From an uncultured virus (IMG/VR IMGVR_UViG_3300031733_000001) (taxonomy: Duplodnaviria > Heunggongvirae > Uroviricota > Caudoviricetes): a DNA stretch of 64,000 nt. The translations under genes were made by a program, and so were the position numbers. The notes beneath the pieces are model-generated. The model did not search any database. It saw nothing but the letters and a program-made list of their open reading frames with translations, and was not told where the DNA came from. The number at the start of each line of letters is the position of its first letter. The first letter of the stretch is position 1. Positions 1 to 8,757 of this stretch are shown here, in pieces. The DNA lies in IMG/VR virus record IMGVR_UViG_3300031733_000001; one strand, given 5' to 3'.

Positions 1-297
1 CCTCAGCGCCAAGTTCCCCGGCCCCCCGAGCAGCAGACACGGCCCAATCCCAGCAGCATCCAGCTCGACCCCAAGACGCTCATCGAGGTCGAGCTGGTGT
101 CTACCAAGAAGAGGTTGGCCGAGGCGAACGAGCGGCTTGCGTTGGTGGCCTTGAGCGACGCACGCAAGGCCAAGCTCGCAGCGGAGCAGCAGGAGGCTCA
201 GCTGATGGTGCAGATCTCCAAGCACTACGGCGTCCAGCCCGGCAAGAACGTGCGGCTGATCGACAAGGAGAAGGGGATCTGCATGATCGAGGACTAG
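1..297 (+). CDS. 5'-truncated hypothetical coiled-coil protein
   Basis: Frame is open from base 1 to TAG at 295-297. C-terminus (coiled coil, then KHYGV...IDKEKG) loosely resembles the end of 719..1195. Confidence 0.7.
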   Translation, partial: PQRQVPRPPEQQTRPNPSSIQLDPKTLIEVELVSTKKRLAEANERLALVALSDARKAKLAAEQQEAQLMVQISKHYGVQPGKNVRLIDKEKGICMIED

Positions 298-705
298 ATG
301 GCTGTAACGGTCAGAAAACGCGCGCAGGCCGAGTTCGTCATCGCTGACTGCCTAGCGTCAAATGCGGTGGGGGACATGGTGCGCGTTTCGGCGGACGAGA
401 TCGCCGGGATCTATCAGGTCTCGGACATGAACATCTTGAACGTCTCGCCACATCTGCCAGTTGGTATGATCACGCGGAAGCTGACAGCTACACGGTGTGC
501 GGTGCAGGTAGGAGGTGAGGTGAAGGGTGTCTATGCCGGGCTCACGCCCGGCAAGCAGCTCTTCATCAACAACTTGTCCAGGCTCTCACACGTGGTTCCA
601 TCGCACCCTGTAGCTGGTGTAACATGGATTCACCCCGCAGCTTTGGCGCTATCATCAACGACGGTCTTGTTGCGGATGCAGGTGCCGGTGAGAATGAACG
701 CATAG
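298..705 (+). CDS. putative virion decoration/spike-base protein (DUF2190-like fold)
   Basis: GDMVRV...VG...GGEV...GLTPGKQLFI pattern, similar to the C-terminal domain of 1222..2694. Confidence 0.5.
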   Translation: MAVTVRKRAQAEFVIADCLASNAVGDMVRVSADEIAGIYQVSDMNILNVSPHLPVGMITRKLTATRCAVQVGGEVKGVYAGLTPGKQLFINNLSRLSHVVPSHPVAGVTWIHPAALALSSTTVLLRMQVPVRMNA

Positions 706-718
706 TGGAGGATGCGAG

Positions 719-1195
719 ATGGCTAGACGAAAGCAGTGTAAGGAGAAAGGCTGCAGAAAGAGCCGTGCCGAGGGCTCTGACTTCTGCCAGCTGCACATGA
801 CAGTGGCTGAGCCAGAACCCCAGGAGTCCAAGGGCGGGAACGGTGTAGGAATCGACCCTGTGTTTGTTGAGGACAACGTCCAGAAGCTGACGGAAGCGGA
901 GTTGGACAAGTTCAACCTGCTGCGGCTGAAGATGGAGCGCAATCTGCAGCAGATCAGGATCCTGGAGCTTGAGCAGGAGAGGGCGGACAGGGAGTACGTG
1001 GCGGAGAAGCACAACAGGGAGACGCACCTCAACACGCTGCGGGGGTTGAACGCCCCCCTCAATACCGAGTACCTCGCCCACGTGCGAGAGATCGCTAAGA
1101 AGTACAAGATCCACCCGGACTTTCTGGGTATCAACGATGACACTGGGGTCCTTCAGGACCTCAGACCAATTCAGGAGGAAGTTGAGCCGGGATGA
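719..1195 (+). CDS. hypothetical protein with N-terminal C-x4-C...C-x2-H knuckle and coiled coil
   Basis: GGAGG RBS; CKEKGC...FCQLH; heptad-rich middle. Confidence 0.7.
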   Translation: MARRKQCKEKGCRKSRAEGSDFCQLHMTVAEPEPQESKGGNGVGIDPVFVEDNVQKLTEAELDKFNLLRLKMERNLQQIRILELEQERADREYVAEKHNRETHLNTLRGLNAPLNTEYLAHVREIAKKYKIHPDFLGINDDTGVLQDLRPIQEEVEPG

Positions 1196-1221
1196 TCGGC
1201 TAATCTTCCAGGAGGAGCAAG

Positions 1222-2694
1222 ATGGCACTTCGAATCCCGCTCGCCATGAACCAGACCGAAGGGTTCATGGAGGAAGTTCCCTCTGGGGACACCACAGATC
1301 TGCGCGCAGGCGCGAGCGTCGCTGGGGATATCAACTACTCCAGCGGTGGTGAGCCGCGAGGTCTCCCGGCCACGCCAACAGCGTCCGACGCGGCGGCCTC
1401 CAAGGCCTACGTCGATGCTGTGGCCGCGGGCCTGAACCCGCGGCCTCATGTCCGTGTGGCAGGTAACGAGGACTTCGACGCCTTCACGCCTGGGGGCGGC
1501 CCGGGCGTGGGTGCTACTCTGACTTCTCCCACCACGGCTGTGACCGAGAACGACGTCGATGGCGTGACCGTCGCTGTCGGAGACCGCGTCCTGGTGAAGG
1601 ACTACGGCGCTACCAGCGCGAACGTGGAGAACGGCATCTACGAGGTGACTCAGCTCGCCGACGGTGCCTCAGCCAGCATGATCATGACCAGGGCCACGGA
1701 CTTCGACGAGAGTGCCGAGGTCAACCAGGGCGACTCGGTCTTCGTGGCCGAGGGTACGGTCAACGCCAAGAGGACCTACGCCCTGATCACCCCCGACCCG
1801 ATCACCATCGATGTGACGGCGCAGGAGTGGGCGGTCGTCAGCGGTCCCGGCTTCCTGACGGCCGGTGCTGGTCTGCTCGACACCACCAACACCTGGTCGG
1901 TCGAGCTGCACACGGTGGCTGCTGCGACGGGCGGCGGCACGGGCGGCGGGTCCTCGGGTCTGGAGTTCGACGTCACCGGCGACAGCGGCAAGCTCCGCGC
2001 CGCGGTCAGCGCCACCGGTGCTCTGCAGCGTGCGGCCGATGGTCTGGCCGTCAAGCTGGAGGCCACCAACCCCTCTCTCCAGGTCGTCGCGAACGAGCTG
2101 GGGGTCAAGATCGACCCGGCTGGGGCGCTCCAGAAGATCGCCGCCGGTCTGGGCGTGAAGCTGGAAGCCACCAACCCGTCCCTCGAGATCACCGGCTCCA
2201 ACGAGCTGTCGGTCAAGGAGGATGGGAACCGGGGTCTGGCTACGGACGGCACCGGCCTGTACGTCAAGGTCAACGGTACCTCGATCACCTTCAACGGCTC
2301 TGGGCAGCTCCAGGTCGGCGCCGCCCCGGCCAGTCGGGTCAGCGCGGACTACGCGGTTGGTGAGGCCATCGCCATCGGCGATGCCGTGAACTGGAGTGCC
2401 ACGAACGACCGGATCGAGAAGAGCCGGGCGGACACCGACGCCAAGGCGCGCGTCATCGGTGTTGCCGAGACCGCGCAGGGGACCGTGGGGCAGAACTCCA
2501 CGATCGTCTCGCACGGCCCCTGCGTCGGCGCCATCACTACGGCCACAGCGGGGCAGGCGTACTACCTGCAGGCCACTGGTGGCATCGGCACGTCGCTGCC
2601 GGGCGCCGGTAACCGTGTCGTGCAGGTCGGTATCGCCAAGAACGCCTCCGATCTGTTCGTCCGTGTCGTGGACTACGGTAAGAAGGCAGCGTAG
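1222..2694 (+). CDS. head/tail fibre protein
   Basis: AASKAYVD and DGVTVAVGDRVLVK...ENGIY...RATDFD phage fibre motifs; shaft repeats (GLxVKLEATNPSL twice); DUF2190-like C-terminal domain; AGGAGG RBS. Confidence 0.8.
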   Translation: MALRIPLAMNQTEGFMEEVPSGDTTDLRAGASVAGDINYSSGGEPRGLPATPTASDAAASKAYVDAVAAGLNPRPHVRVAGNEDFDAFTPGGGPGVGATLTSPTTAVTENDVDGVTVAVGDRVLVKDYGATSANVENGIYEVTQLADGASASMIMTRATDFDESAEVNQGDSVFVAEGTVNAKRTYALITPDPITIDVTAQEWAVVSGPGFLTAGAGLLDTTNTWSVELHTVAAATGGGTGGGSSGLEFDVTGDSGKLRAAVSATGALQRAADGLAVKLEATNPSLQVVANELGVKIDPAGALQKIAAGLGVKLEATNPSLEITGSNELSVKEDGNRGLATDGTGLYVKVNGTSITFNGSGQLQVGAAPASRVSADYAVGEAIAIGDAVNWSATNDRIEKSRADTDAKARVIGVAETAQGTVGQNSTIVSHGPCVGAITTATAGQAYYLQATGGIGTSLPGAGNRVVQVGIAKNASDLFVRVVDYGKKAA

Positions 2695-2703
2695 CATCCG
2701 CAT

Positions 2704-2753
2704 GAGGCGGCAGGCGTAGCGGCAGCTCCCTGCCGCCTCTAGCGGCAGAGGAG
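2704..2753 (+). promoter_or_regulatory. alternative-hairpin element overlapping the RBS of 2757..3335
   Basis: GAGGCGGCAGG (2704-2714) is the perfect complement of 2729-2739; 2726-2736 can instead pair with 2742-2753, which includes the GGAG SD. Confidence 0.5.
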
Positions 2754-2756
2754 CAA

Positions 2757-3335
2757 ATGCCAGCGAATCCTGACAGCCTGGAGATCGTCCAGCTAGAAAA
2801 GCAGGAATCAGCTGCTCTCGGTGGAGACGCAGGCGATGAAGCTCCGTACGCCGCACCTATCGACCCTACTGAAGATATAATCGAGGTCGCAGGCGTCACC
2901 TTCGTAGAGTCCGGTGATACTCGCCCCATTCGCACGCGTGCCATCTGGCCTGACGGCAATGATCTCCGCTTCCGCGACCCCAACAATCCCGGTAGTGGCA
3001 AAACGCTGACGGAGTTGGCAGCCTCGGCTGGTGGCGGCATCACCGAGGGACAGCACGAAGTTCTCGACACCCTAGTTCACTGGCTGGCAGAGACCAACTA
3101 CCAGGAAATCGTGCGGTCAGGAGGTCGGGTCTCCAACGTCATCAACTGGACCGACTCAGGGAAGACCACCAAGGTTCGTGAGTTGGTGCTGACCCGCACC
3201 CCGGGTCCACAGGTTTCGCAGGTGGACCTGATCCAGTACGATGCCTCTGGCGTTGAGAAGCAACGGTTAACGGGAGTGATTTCCAGGACGAGCGGTAAGG
3301 TCTCGTCCATCCAGTGGACGGAGACTGTCTCATGA
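2757..3335 (+). CDS. putative virion structural protein
   Basis: GAGGAG RBS; beta-rich sequence; structural gene context. Confidence 0.65.
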   Translation: MPANPDSLEIVQLEKQESAALGGDAGDEAPYAAPIDPTEDIIEVAGVTFVESGDTRPIRTRAIWPDGNDLRFRDPNNPGSGKTLTELAASAGGGITEGQHEVLDTLVHWLAETNYQEIVRSGGRVSNVINWTDSGKTTKVRELVLTRTPGPQVSQVDLIQYDASGVEKQRLTGVISRTSGKVSSIQWTETVS

Positions 3336-4309
3336 GCTTCTTTGTAGTTGAAGTAGACAACGAAGGGTTCAAAGTCTACGACTCCGCCGGAAATCTGATC
3401 GACCCTGCGAAGGATTCTTCGGTCCAGTCTTTGCTGACCACGCTTAATGCCATCAAGGACACCGACGGCATCAAGAAGATCACCGACGCCTTGCCAACCG
3501 GAGATAACTGGATCGGCAAGACCAAGGTAGGCGACGGCACCAACGTCGCAGATGTCCTGGACTCCGGCGGTGTGAAGCGCCTGCGGGTTGAAGCGTCTCA
3601 GCCGGCAGGCGAATTGCACAACGTAGTGCTCTACGACTCTGCCGGGCATCCAGTTGGAGTGGTGCTAGATGGCGCGGTCTATCGCATACAGGCCGATGCC
3701 AAGGTCGCAAAGGGTGCAAGCGACTTGGTGCATCTGGAGGCGTTGGACACGGTTTCGGGAATGGGGAGGCTGAAGGCGACGATCTATACGCCCGATGACG
3801 ACGCAGTATCCTTCACCGCTGTTCCTCCCAACCCAGCGTCGATCCGAAACGACTTCGTACGAGAGCCTGGTGACTCAGCGGATCTGTTGGTAGACGGTAG
3901 CGGCACCCCCGTCGTATTCACCTACGACGCTGATACCACGTACGACATCTCCATCCAGGAGGTGAAGTTCGTCCTGGTGTCAAATTCGATCACGTTCGGC
4001 TCCGACTACTTTGGAGCGACAGCGGGTCCGCTGACTAACGGATTGCTGGTAGAGATCATCAGCGACGGCAACACGGGTACGCTCGGCAACATCAGGCAGA
4101 ACGAAGGCTTCGTGAACTTCGCGTCTCCTGGCGGGTTCGACTGGGTGGTGTCATCGAAGGATATGATCTACGCCACGTACCTGATCGGAGGTGGCCTGAA
4201 GCTGAAGGCCGGAACCACAGACAAGGTTCGAGTCACGGTGCGCGACGACATCGACGCGGCAGGTGTGTACCTCCGGTGCTTCGTCAAGGGCAACCTGCTA
4301 GGAGTGTGA
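3332..4309 (+). CDS. putative virion structural protein
   Basis: ATGA-coupled start at 3332; Asp/Gly/Val-rich beta composition. Confidence 0.7.
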   Translation: MSFFVVEVDNEGFKVYDSAGNLIDPAKDSSVQSLLTTLNAIKDTDGIKKITDALPTGDNWIGKTKVGDGTNVADVLDSGGVKRLRVEASQPAGELHNVVLYDSAGHPVGVVLDGAVYRIQADAKVAKGASDLVHLEALDTVSGMGRLKATIYTPDDDAVSFTAVPPNPASIRNDFVREPGDSADLLVDGSGTPVVFTYDADTTYDISIQEVKFVLVSNSITFGSDYFGATAGPLTNGLLVEIISDGNTGTLGNIRQNEGFVNFASPGGFDWVVSSKDMIYATYLIGGGLKLKAGTTDKVRVTVRDDIDAAGVYLRCFVKGNLLGV

Positions 4310-4312
4310 CCC

Positions 4313-4996
4313 ATGCCGACTAGAGTAGATGGAACAGTCAACGTAGTCGCCATTCTTGAGCCGGGGCTCGTGAAGGACGACGGCGGACTATCCATTGCCA
4401 TCCTTCGGTTCAACTACGAGTTGGATGGGGTCCGCCAGACGTTTGCTGGAGCTATCGGGCAAGGCATCACGGACGACTCGTGGAACTGGGTCTATCTGGA
4501 CTATGACGGCAGCCTGAACATCAACACCACGGGCTTCCCGACGACCACGCACATTCGATTGGCCAAGGTCCGGGCGGACAACGGGGCCATCGTCTCGATC
4601 AACGATGAGCGTGTGCTCCTGGCCGCGGGCATCGACAAGACGATCCACGAGGCCACGGCTGAAGGGCAGGACAGCACTGGCTCCGATGAGTGGCAGCAGA
4701 AGCTCCGTCTGTCCTTGAACGGGCTACCTGACGGCAAGTATGTCGTCCAGTGGTACTGCGAGCTGCGGCACAGCAACAACACGGCAACCGAGCGATCGGA
4801 GATGCGGGTCGAGGTCAACGACATGACTGAACTTGGCTACAGCATGTGGCCGTACAACCTCTACGAGGATGCTGGTGGGTGCGCTTTCGCAGATCTGTCA
4901 GCCGGTGACTACACCATCGACCTCGACTTCCGTCAGCAAGGCGGCGGCACGGCCTACATCCGCAGGGCACGGCTCCTGTTCTGGAGGATCTCATGA
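4313..4996 (+). CDS. putative virion structural protein
   Basis: AGGAG RBS; YLDYDG...RLAKV...I.DERV fibre-associated pattern. Confidence 0.65.
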   Translation: MPTRVDGTVNVVAILEPGLVKDDGGLSIAILRFNYELDGVRQTFAGAIGQGITDDSWNWVYLDYDGSLNINTTGFPTTTHIRLAKVRADNGAIVSINDERVLLAAGIDKTIHEATAEGQDSTGSDEWQQKLRLSLNGLPDGKYVVQWYCELRHSNNTATERSEMRVEVNDMTELGYSMWPYNLYEDAGGCAFADLSAGDYTIDLDFRQQGGGTAYIRRARLLFWRIS

Positions 4997-6105
4997 GCGC
5001 CACCAAGTACAGCTACTCGATCAACGACGACTTCCCCAACCAGGCCCTGTTCGAGGACCGACTGGCGCAGGAGATCGTGGCCAGTGCGATCACCATCGCC
5101 TTCGACTACATCAGCACGTCCGGGGACGTGTGCGACATCTGGTTCAAAGACGAACTGCCTTCGGCAGACCAGACGGTGCTGGATGGCCTGGTCGCGGCGC
5201 ACTCCGGAGCGGTTCTCCCGGAGCAGGCGCTCCAGGTCACCACCAGCAAGAAGGCGTCCGATGGGAGTCCCCTCTTCGTCACGCGCAAGCCCGACGCCCC
5301 AAAGCTCACGCTGATCACTCCCAACTGGTGTGACCCCACAACGTGGTACCAGGCTTCGGTCTATGTCGAGGACGAGGTGGCCACGGACAGCGGCGACCAC
5401 ACGACCTACAACCTCCAGCACCAGAACGTCATCGACACCTACCATGGCAAGATCACTTTCGAGGACTCGCTCAAGGACTCGGAGGGCCGGAGCTACCGGG
5501 TCACGGTCAAAGTCGACGACGTGGAGAAGACCGAGCAGGACCCGCATCTCGGCTCTGGTGGGGATTTCACGGTGGACTACGCCGGAGGCACGGTGACCTT
5601 CGGCTCGTCCCTGGCAGGGACGGAGGTGGTGAAGGTCACGCACCACTACGCCGACGGCAGCACGTTCATCGTGGCGCCGACGGCCGGGAAGATGCTCCTG
5701 ATCGAGAAGGTCGAGGTCCAGTTCTCAGGCGACATCGAGATGAACGACACGGTGGTCTTTCAAGCCTATGGGCTGGTGGACGTGTTCGCTCCGCAGCTGA
5801 TACCAGGGATTCCCAGCGGGACCAAGATTCCACTCGGCGATCCGCTCAAGTACAAGACGCTCTCCGATCTGCTCAACGACTCGAACCATGCCTACCCTGC
5901 CTACCCGGCGGTTGGTGGCTCGAACTGGAGAGCACTGAAGCAGGCGGCGTACGTCTTCTCGTGGGGGTACGATGTCGGAACTACCATGCTCATCGCCAGC
6001 TACGGCATGGAGATCCACATCAGCCTGGAGCACGACGTCCCGAACTCCGGGGCGTTCGCCACGGCTGCACTCTACTGCACGAGCGAGGATGAGGTCCTTT
6101 CATGA
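4993..6105 (+). CDS. putative virion structural protein
   Basis: Coupled ATGA start; DFTVDYAGGTVTF motif typical of phage structural beta-sandwich domains. Confidence 0.65.
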   Translation: MSATKYSYSINDDFPNQALFEDRLAQEIVASAITIAFDYISTSGDVCDIWFKDELPSADQTVLDGLVAAHSGAVLPEQALQVTTSKKASDGSPLFVTRKPDAPKLTLITPNWCDPTTWYQASVYVEDEVATDSGDHTTYNLQHQNVIDTYHGKITFEDSLKDSEGRSYRVTVKVDDVEKTEQDPHLGSGGDFTVDYAGGTVTFGSSLAGTEVVKVTHHYADGSTFIVAPTAGKMLLIEKVEVQFSGDIEMNDTVVFQAYGLVDVFAPQLIPGIPSGTKIPLGDPLKYKTLSDLLNDSNHAYPAYPAVGGSNWRALKQAAYVFSWGYDVGTTMLIASYGMEIHISLEHDVPNSGAFATAALYCTSEDEVLS

Positions 6106-6401
6106 GCCCGATCTTCGACTGGTGGATTCTGCCGCACATCGCGTTGCCCATCTGGCTGGCCTCTGCCATCCACGCCAAGTGGGAGCCTCGGTGGTGGGTC
6201 CACGTCATCATGTGGCTGGTGTACTCCTACGGCTGGGAGATCCCTGAGCACTTCATGCAGCGAGCCTGGCCGGAGACCTGGGTCGTCATCGAGCACCCGC
6301 TCAACGCCTGGGTGATGGATCCTCTCTCGAACGGCGTTGGTTGGCTCATTGGTGCGCTTGTGGGACGCTGGTCTAAGAACCGCAAGCGGGCCAAGACATG
6401 A
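6102..6401 (+). CDS. small Trp-rich membrane protein
   Basis: About 3 hydrophobic segments; H...WEIPE...N...D polar residues within the membrane region. Confidence 0.65.
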   Translation: MSPIFDWWILPHIALPIWLASAIHAKWEPRWWVHVIMWLVYSYGWEIPEHFMQRAWPETWVVIEHPLNAWVMDPLSNGVGWLIGALVGRWSKNRKRAKT

Positions 6402-6919
6402 CCAATACCGAGAAGGTCCTCGACATCACCGTCGGCTTTTCGACTACCAATAAGCTGATCAGCCGCGTTATCCGGTGGGTCACGCGGGGAAAGGTGAGCC
6501 ATGCCTGGATCGCCTTCTTCGATCCGTGCCTGGACACGCGCCTGGTCATGCAGGCGGAGGCGTGGGGCTTCGAAGTGCGCACTTGGGCAAGGTGGAAGAG
6601 CCGGAACCAGCTCGTCGTTGAGTTCAGACCAGCATTACCGGTGGCGAAATCGCTCCGGTGGATTGCCAAATCGCTTGGTGTGAAGTACGACTGGAGATCT
6701 GCTTTCTTTGTTGGGCTGCGTCGGTGGTTCGGTACGTGGCTGCGGGGGAAATTCAACAGCCCGGGGAAGCTCATGTGCTCGGAGGCGGTCATCCGCTTCC
6801 TTCAACATGCAGGAGTGGCGGAGGTAGCCCGGTTTGATCCAGAGGTGACCTCCCCGCAACGTTTGCTGGAAGTCATGGAGAAGTCACCACACTTCTCACC
6901 AGTTCAACGGGAGAGGTAG
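6398..6919 (+). CDS. permuted papain-like (NlpC/P60, YaeF/YiiX-type) amidase
   Basis: ISRVIRWVTRGKVSHAWI (His first), YDW, and KLMCSEAV (Cys last) match the permuted papain order. Confidence 0.85.
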   Translation: MTNTEKVLDITVGFSTTNKLISRVIRWVTRGKVSHAWIAFFDPCLDTRLVMQAEAWGFEVRTWARWKSRNQLVVEFRPALPVAKSLRWIAKSLGVKYDWRSAFFVGLRRWFGTWLRGKFNSPGKLMCSEAVIRFLQHAGVAEVARFDPEVTSPQRLLEVMEKSPHFSPVQRER

Positions 6920-6920
6920 A

Positions 6921-7235
6921 TTGGATTCCAACGGAGCGATTAAAAAACTCTTTGTGCTGGCCGATGAGATGGAGAAGAAGCTCAAGCGGCTGGATTCCCT
7001 CGAGCAGCGGCTCAACGCGCTGGACAACAACGGCAAGTTAGACGAGATCAAGAAAGAGATGGCAACGGTAGCAGCCAACAGTCGCGCGGTGGTTCACCAG
7101 GTGGAGGCGAACGGCACCATGATCGCCAACATGGAGAAGACCATCACCAGACTCAACGTGCGGTGCCCTTTGATGAAGCCAGACACCGATGAATATCCTA
7201 GTGTTTTGGAGCGGATGAAGCTGAAGGATGAGTAG
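6921..7235 (+). CDS. coiled-coil hypothetical protein
   Basis: TTG start after GAGG; heptad pattern. Confidence 0.6.
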   Translation: MDSNGAIKKLFVLADEMEKKLKRLDSLEQRLNALDNNGKLDEIKKEMATVAANSRAVVHQVEANGTMIANMEKTITRLNVRCPLMKPDTDEYPSVLERMKLKDE

Positions 7236-7283
7236 GTCTGGTAGAATGGTGGGTGGTGTACCCTATGCTCTTGGTGAGGGCCT

Positions 7284-7523
7284 ATGGAAGCGGTCTTGAC
7301 GAAAGTTCTAGCAGCACTGGCGGCCTACGGTCCTGGCTTCATCGTCGCCGTCGTTTTCATCATCTTCTACTGGCTCGAGCGGAAGAAGAGCGAGTCGATG
7401 GCCGAGAAGCTGCAGGAGCTAGCCGTGGCTAGCATCAAGGCAGATCTCGAACATACTAAGGCCTACGAGTCGCTGGAGAAAGCCTTCAACGCCGCGGTAC
7501 AGGCGTTGGTTGATAGGAGGTAG
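7284..7523 (+). CDS. holin-like protein (single TM plus amphipathic tail, BhlA/UviB-like)
   Basis: YGPGFIVAVVFIIFYWL transmembrane segment followed by a charged helical tail; 79 aa. Confidence 0.55.
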   Translation: MEAVLTKVLAALAAYGPGFIVAVVFIIFYWLERKKSESMAEKLQELAVASIKADLEHTKAYESLEKAFNAAVQALVDRR

Positions 7524-7525
7524 CG

Positions 7526-7918
7526 ATGTCCAAGGGGCCGAAGGAAGACCCCACGAGCTTGGGGAACATCCTGCTTGAGTGGGAGGTCATCAGCGAGGAG
7601 GACCTCAGCCGCGCTTTGAAAGAGCAGGAGACTCTCAGGGGGGACGACCTTCTCGGCCGGTTGTTGGTGGCCAGCGGAGCGTGTACTGAGGACGAGGTCG
7701 TCACGGCCATGTCTGCCCAGGAGAGTATGCGGGCGGTGGGGAAGCACAAGTGCGCGATGGCCGTGGCAGATCTGGCACTTGAGCGGCGGCGCCGGCAGAG
7801 CATGATAGACCGGCGAGACAACATCATCCGGCAGGGAGATCGCCTCACCAAGAGCATCACTGGTGACCAGCACCCAGCCATCACGCCGGCGATGCTAGCA
7901 AAGCCGGAGAACTCCTAG
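7526..7918 (+). CDS. standalone MshEN-like (c-di-GMP-binding type) domain protein
   Basis: Two tandem 24-aa motifs, SLGNILLEWEVISEEDLSRALKEQ and LLGRLLVASGACTEDEVVTAMSAQ; AGGAGG RBS. Confidence 0.75.
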   Translation: MSKGPKEDPTSLGNILLEWEVISEEDLSRALKEQETLRGDDLLGRLLVASGACTEDEVVTAMSAQESMRAVGKHKCAMAVADLALERRRRQSMIDRRDNIIRQGDRLTKSITGDQHPAITPAMLAKPENS

Positions 7919-7933
7919 TAAGATCGCTGGGAG

Positions 7934-8470
7934 ATGGCGCTCCCGGCTACAGTAGGCACGCCTGTCCCCATCGTGATGACGCTGGAGGACGGGAACGAGA
8001 CCCAGTACCCCCAGGTGGAGATCTATGCGCCCGGGGCCACCGTAGCGACGGCGGTGGTGGACCTCCCGCACAAGGTGAAGGGCCGGTACGAGGCGTCCTG
8101 GACACCACCCAGCGCGGACGTCTGGACGGCCCACTTCTTCATCTACGCCGACGCCGGACACACGGTGGAGAACATCACCTACACGCGGGCGATCGAGCAG
8201 GTCGTAGCTACGGATTCGAGCGTTGACGATCTGGCTTCCAAGATCGCCCGCATCCTTGGCCTGGTCCACGAGAACGCCTTCATCGACAACACCGTGCACG
8301 ACGCGAACGGCTCCCTCGTCGCTGCGCGGATCCGCCTCTTCGATGACGCCACCAACGTCCCGTCGGTCGGGGGTGGGTCAGAGACCGTTGGTCTCGTCGC
8401 CACCTACGAGATCACGACAACCTACGAGGCAGATTGTAGAATGGGGACGTACAGGGTGAAGAAGGTATGA
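7934..8470 (+). CDS. putative virion protein (Ig-like N-terminus)
   Basis: GRYEASWTPP Ig-type motif; ILGLVHEN...D; structural context. Confidence 0.6.
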   Translation: MALPATVGTPVPIVMTLEDGNETQYPQVEIYAPGATVATAVVDLPHKVKGRYEASWTPPSADVWTAHFFIYADAGHTVENITYTRAIEQVVATDSSVDDLASKIARILGLVHENAFIDNTVHDANGSLVAARIRLFDDATNVPSVGGGSETVGLVATYEITTTYEADCRMGTYRVKKV

Positions 8471-8757
8471 GCGTAGCTCTCGCCACACGCGGGATGATCA
8501 GATCGTGCTGCAAGCTCGGTCAGATTGTCAGCCGGGAGTCTCCGCACACGCAGGCGACTCTGGAGGTGCGGCCGCGCATCCGTTTGGCTGGGGCTCCACC
8601 GACCGTGACGGTGACCGCGCCGGTGCCGATCTCGGCGCAGGAGCTGAGGCCGCAGACGGGGGCCACCGCGCCCGCCCCGCCGTCGCCAGACCCAAAGCCG
8701 ACGCAGACCTCCACCCAGGAGCTGAAGCCCGTCATCAAGAAGGTCGAGGAGGACTAA
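8467..8757 (+). CDS. Pro/Thr-rich hypothetical protein
   Basis: Coupled start and stop with its neighbours; short internal repeats (LEVRP, QELRP, QELKP). Confidence 0.6.
   Translation: MSVALATRGMIRSCCKLGQIVSRESPHTQATLEVRPRIRLAGAPPTVTVTAPVPISAQELRPQTGATAPAPPSPDPKPTQTSTQELKPVIKKVEED

Noticed and set aside
2041..2183. Near-direct DNA repeats (ggtctggccgtcaagctggaggccaccaacccc / ggtctgggcgtgaagctggaagccaccaacccg) as a DGR or CRISPR-like repeat
   Set aside because: Differences are mostly synonymous and reflect fibre shaft protein repeats; no reverse transcriptase or adenine-specific variation seen.
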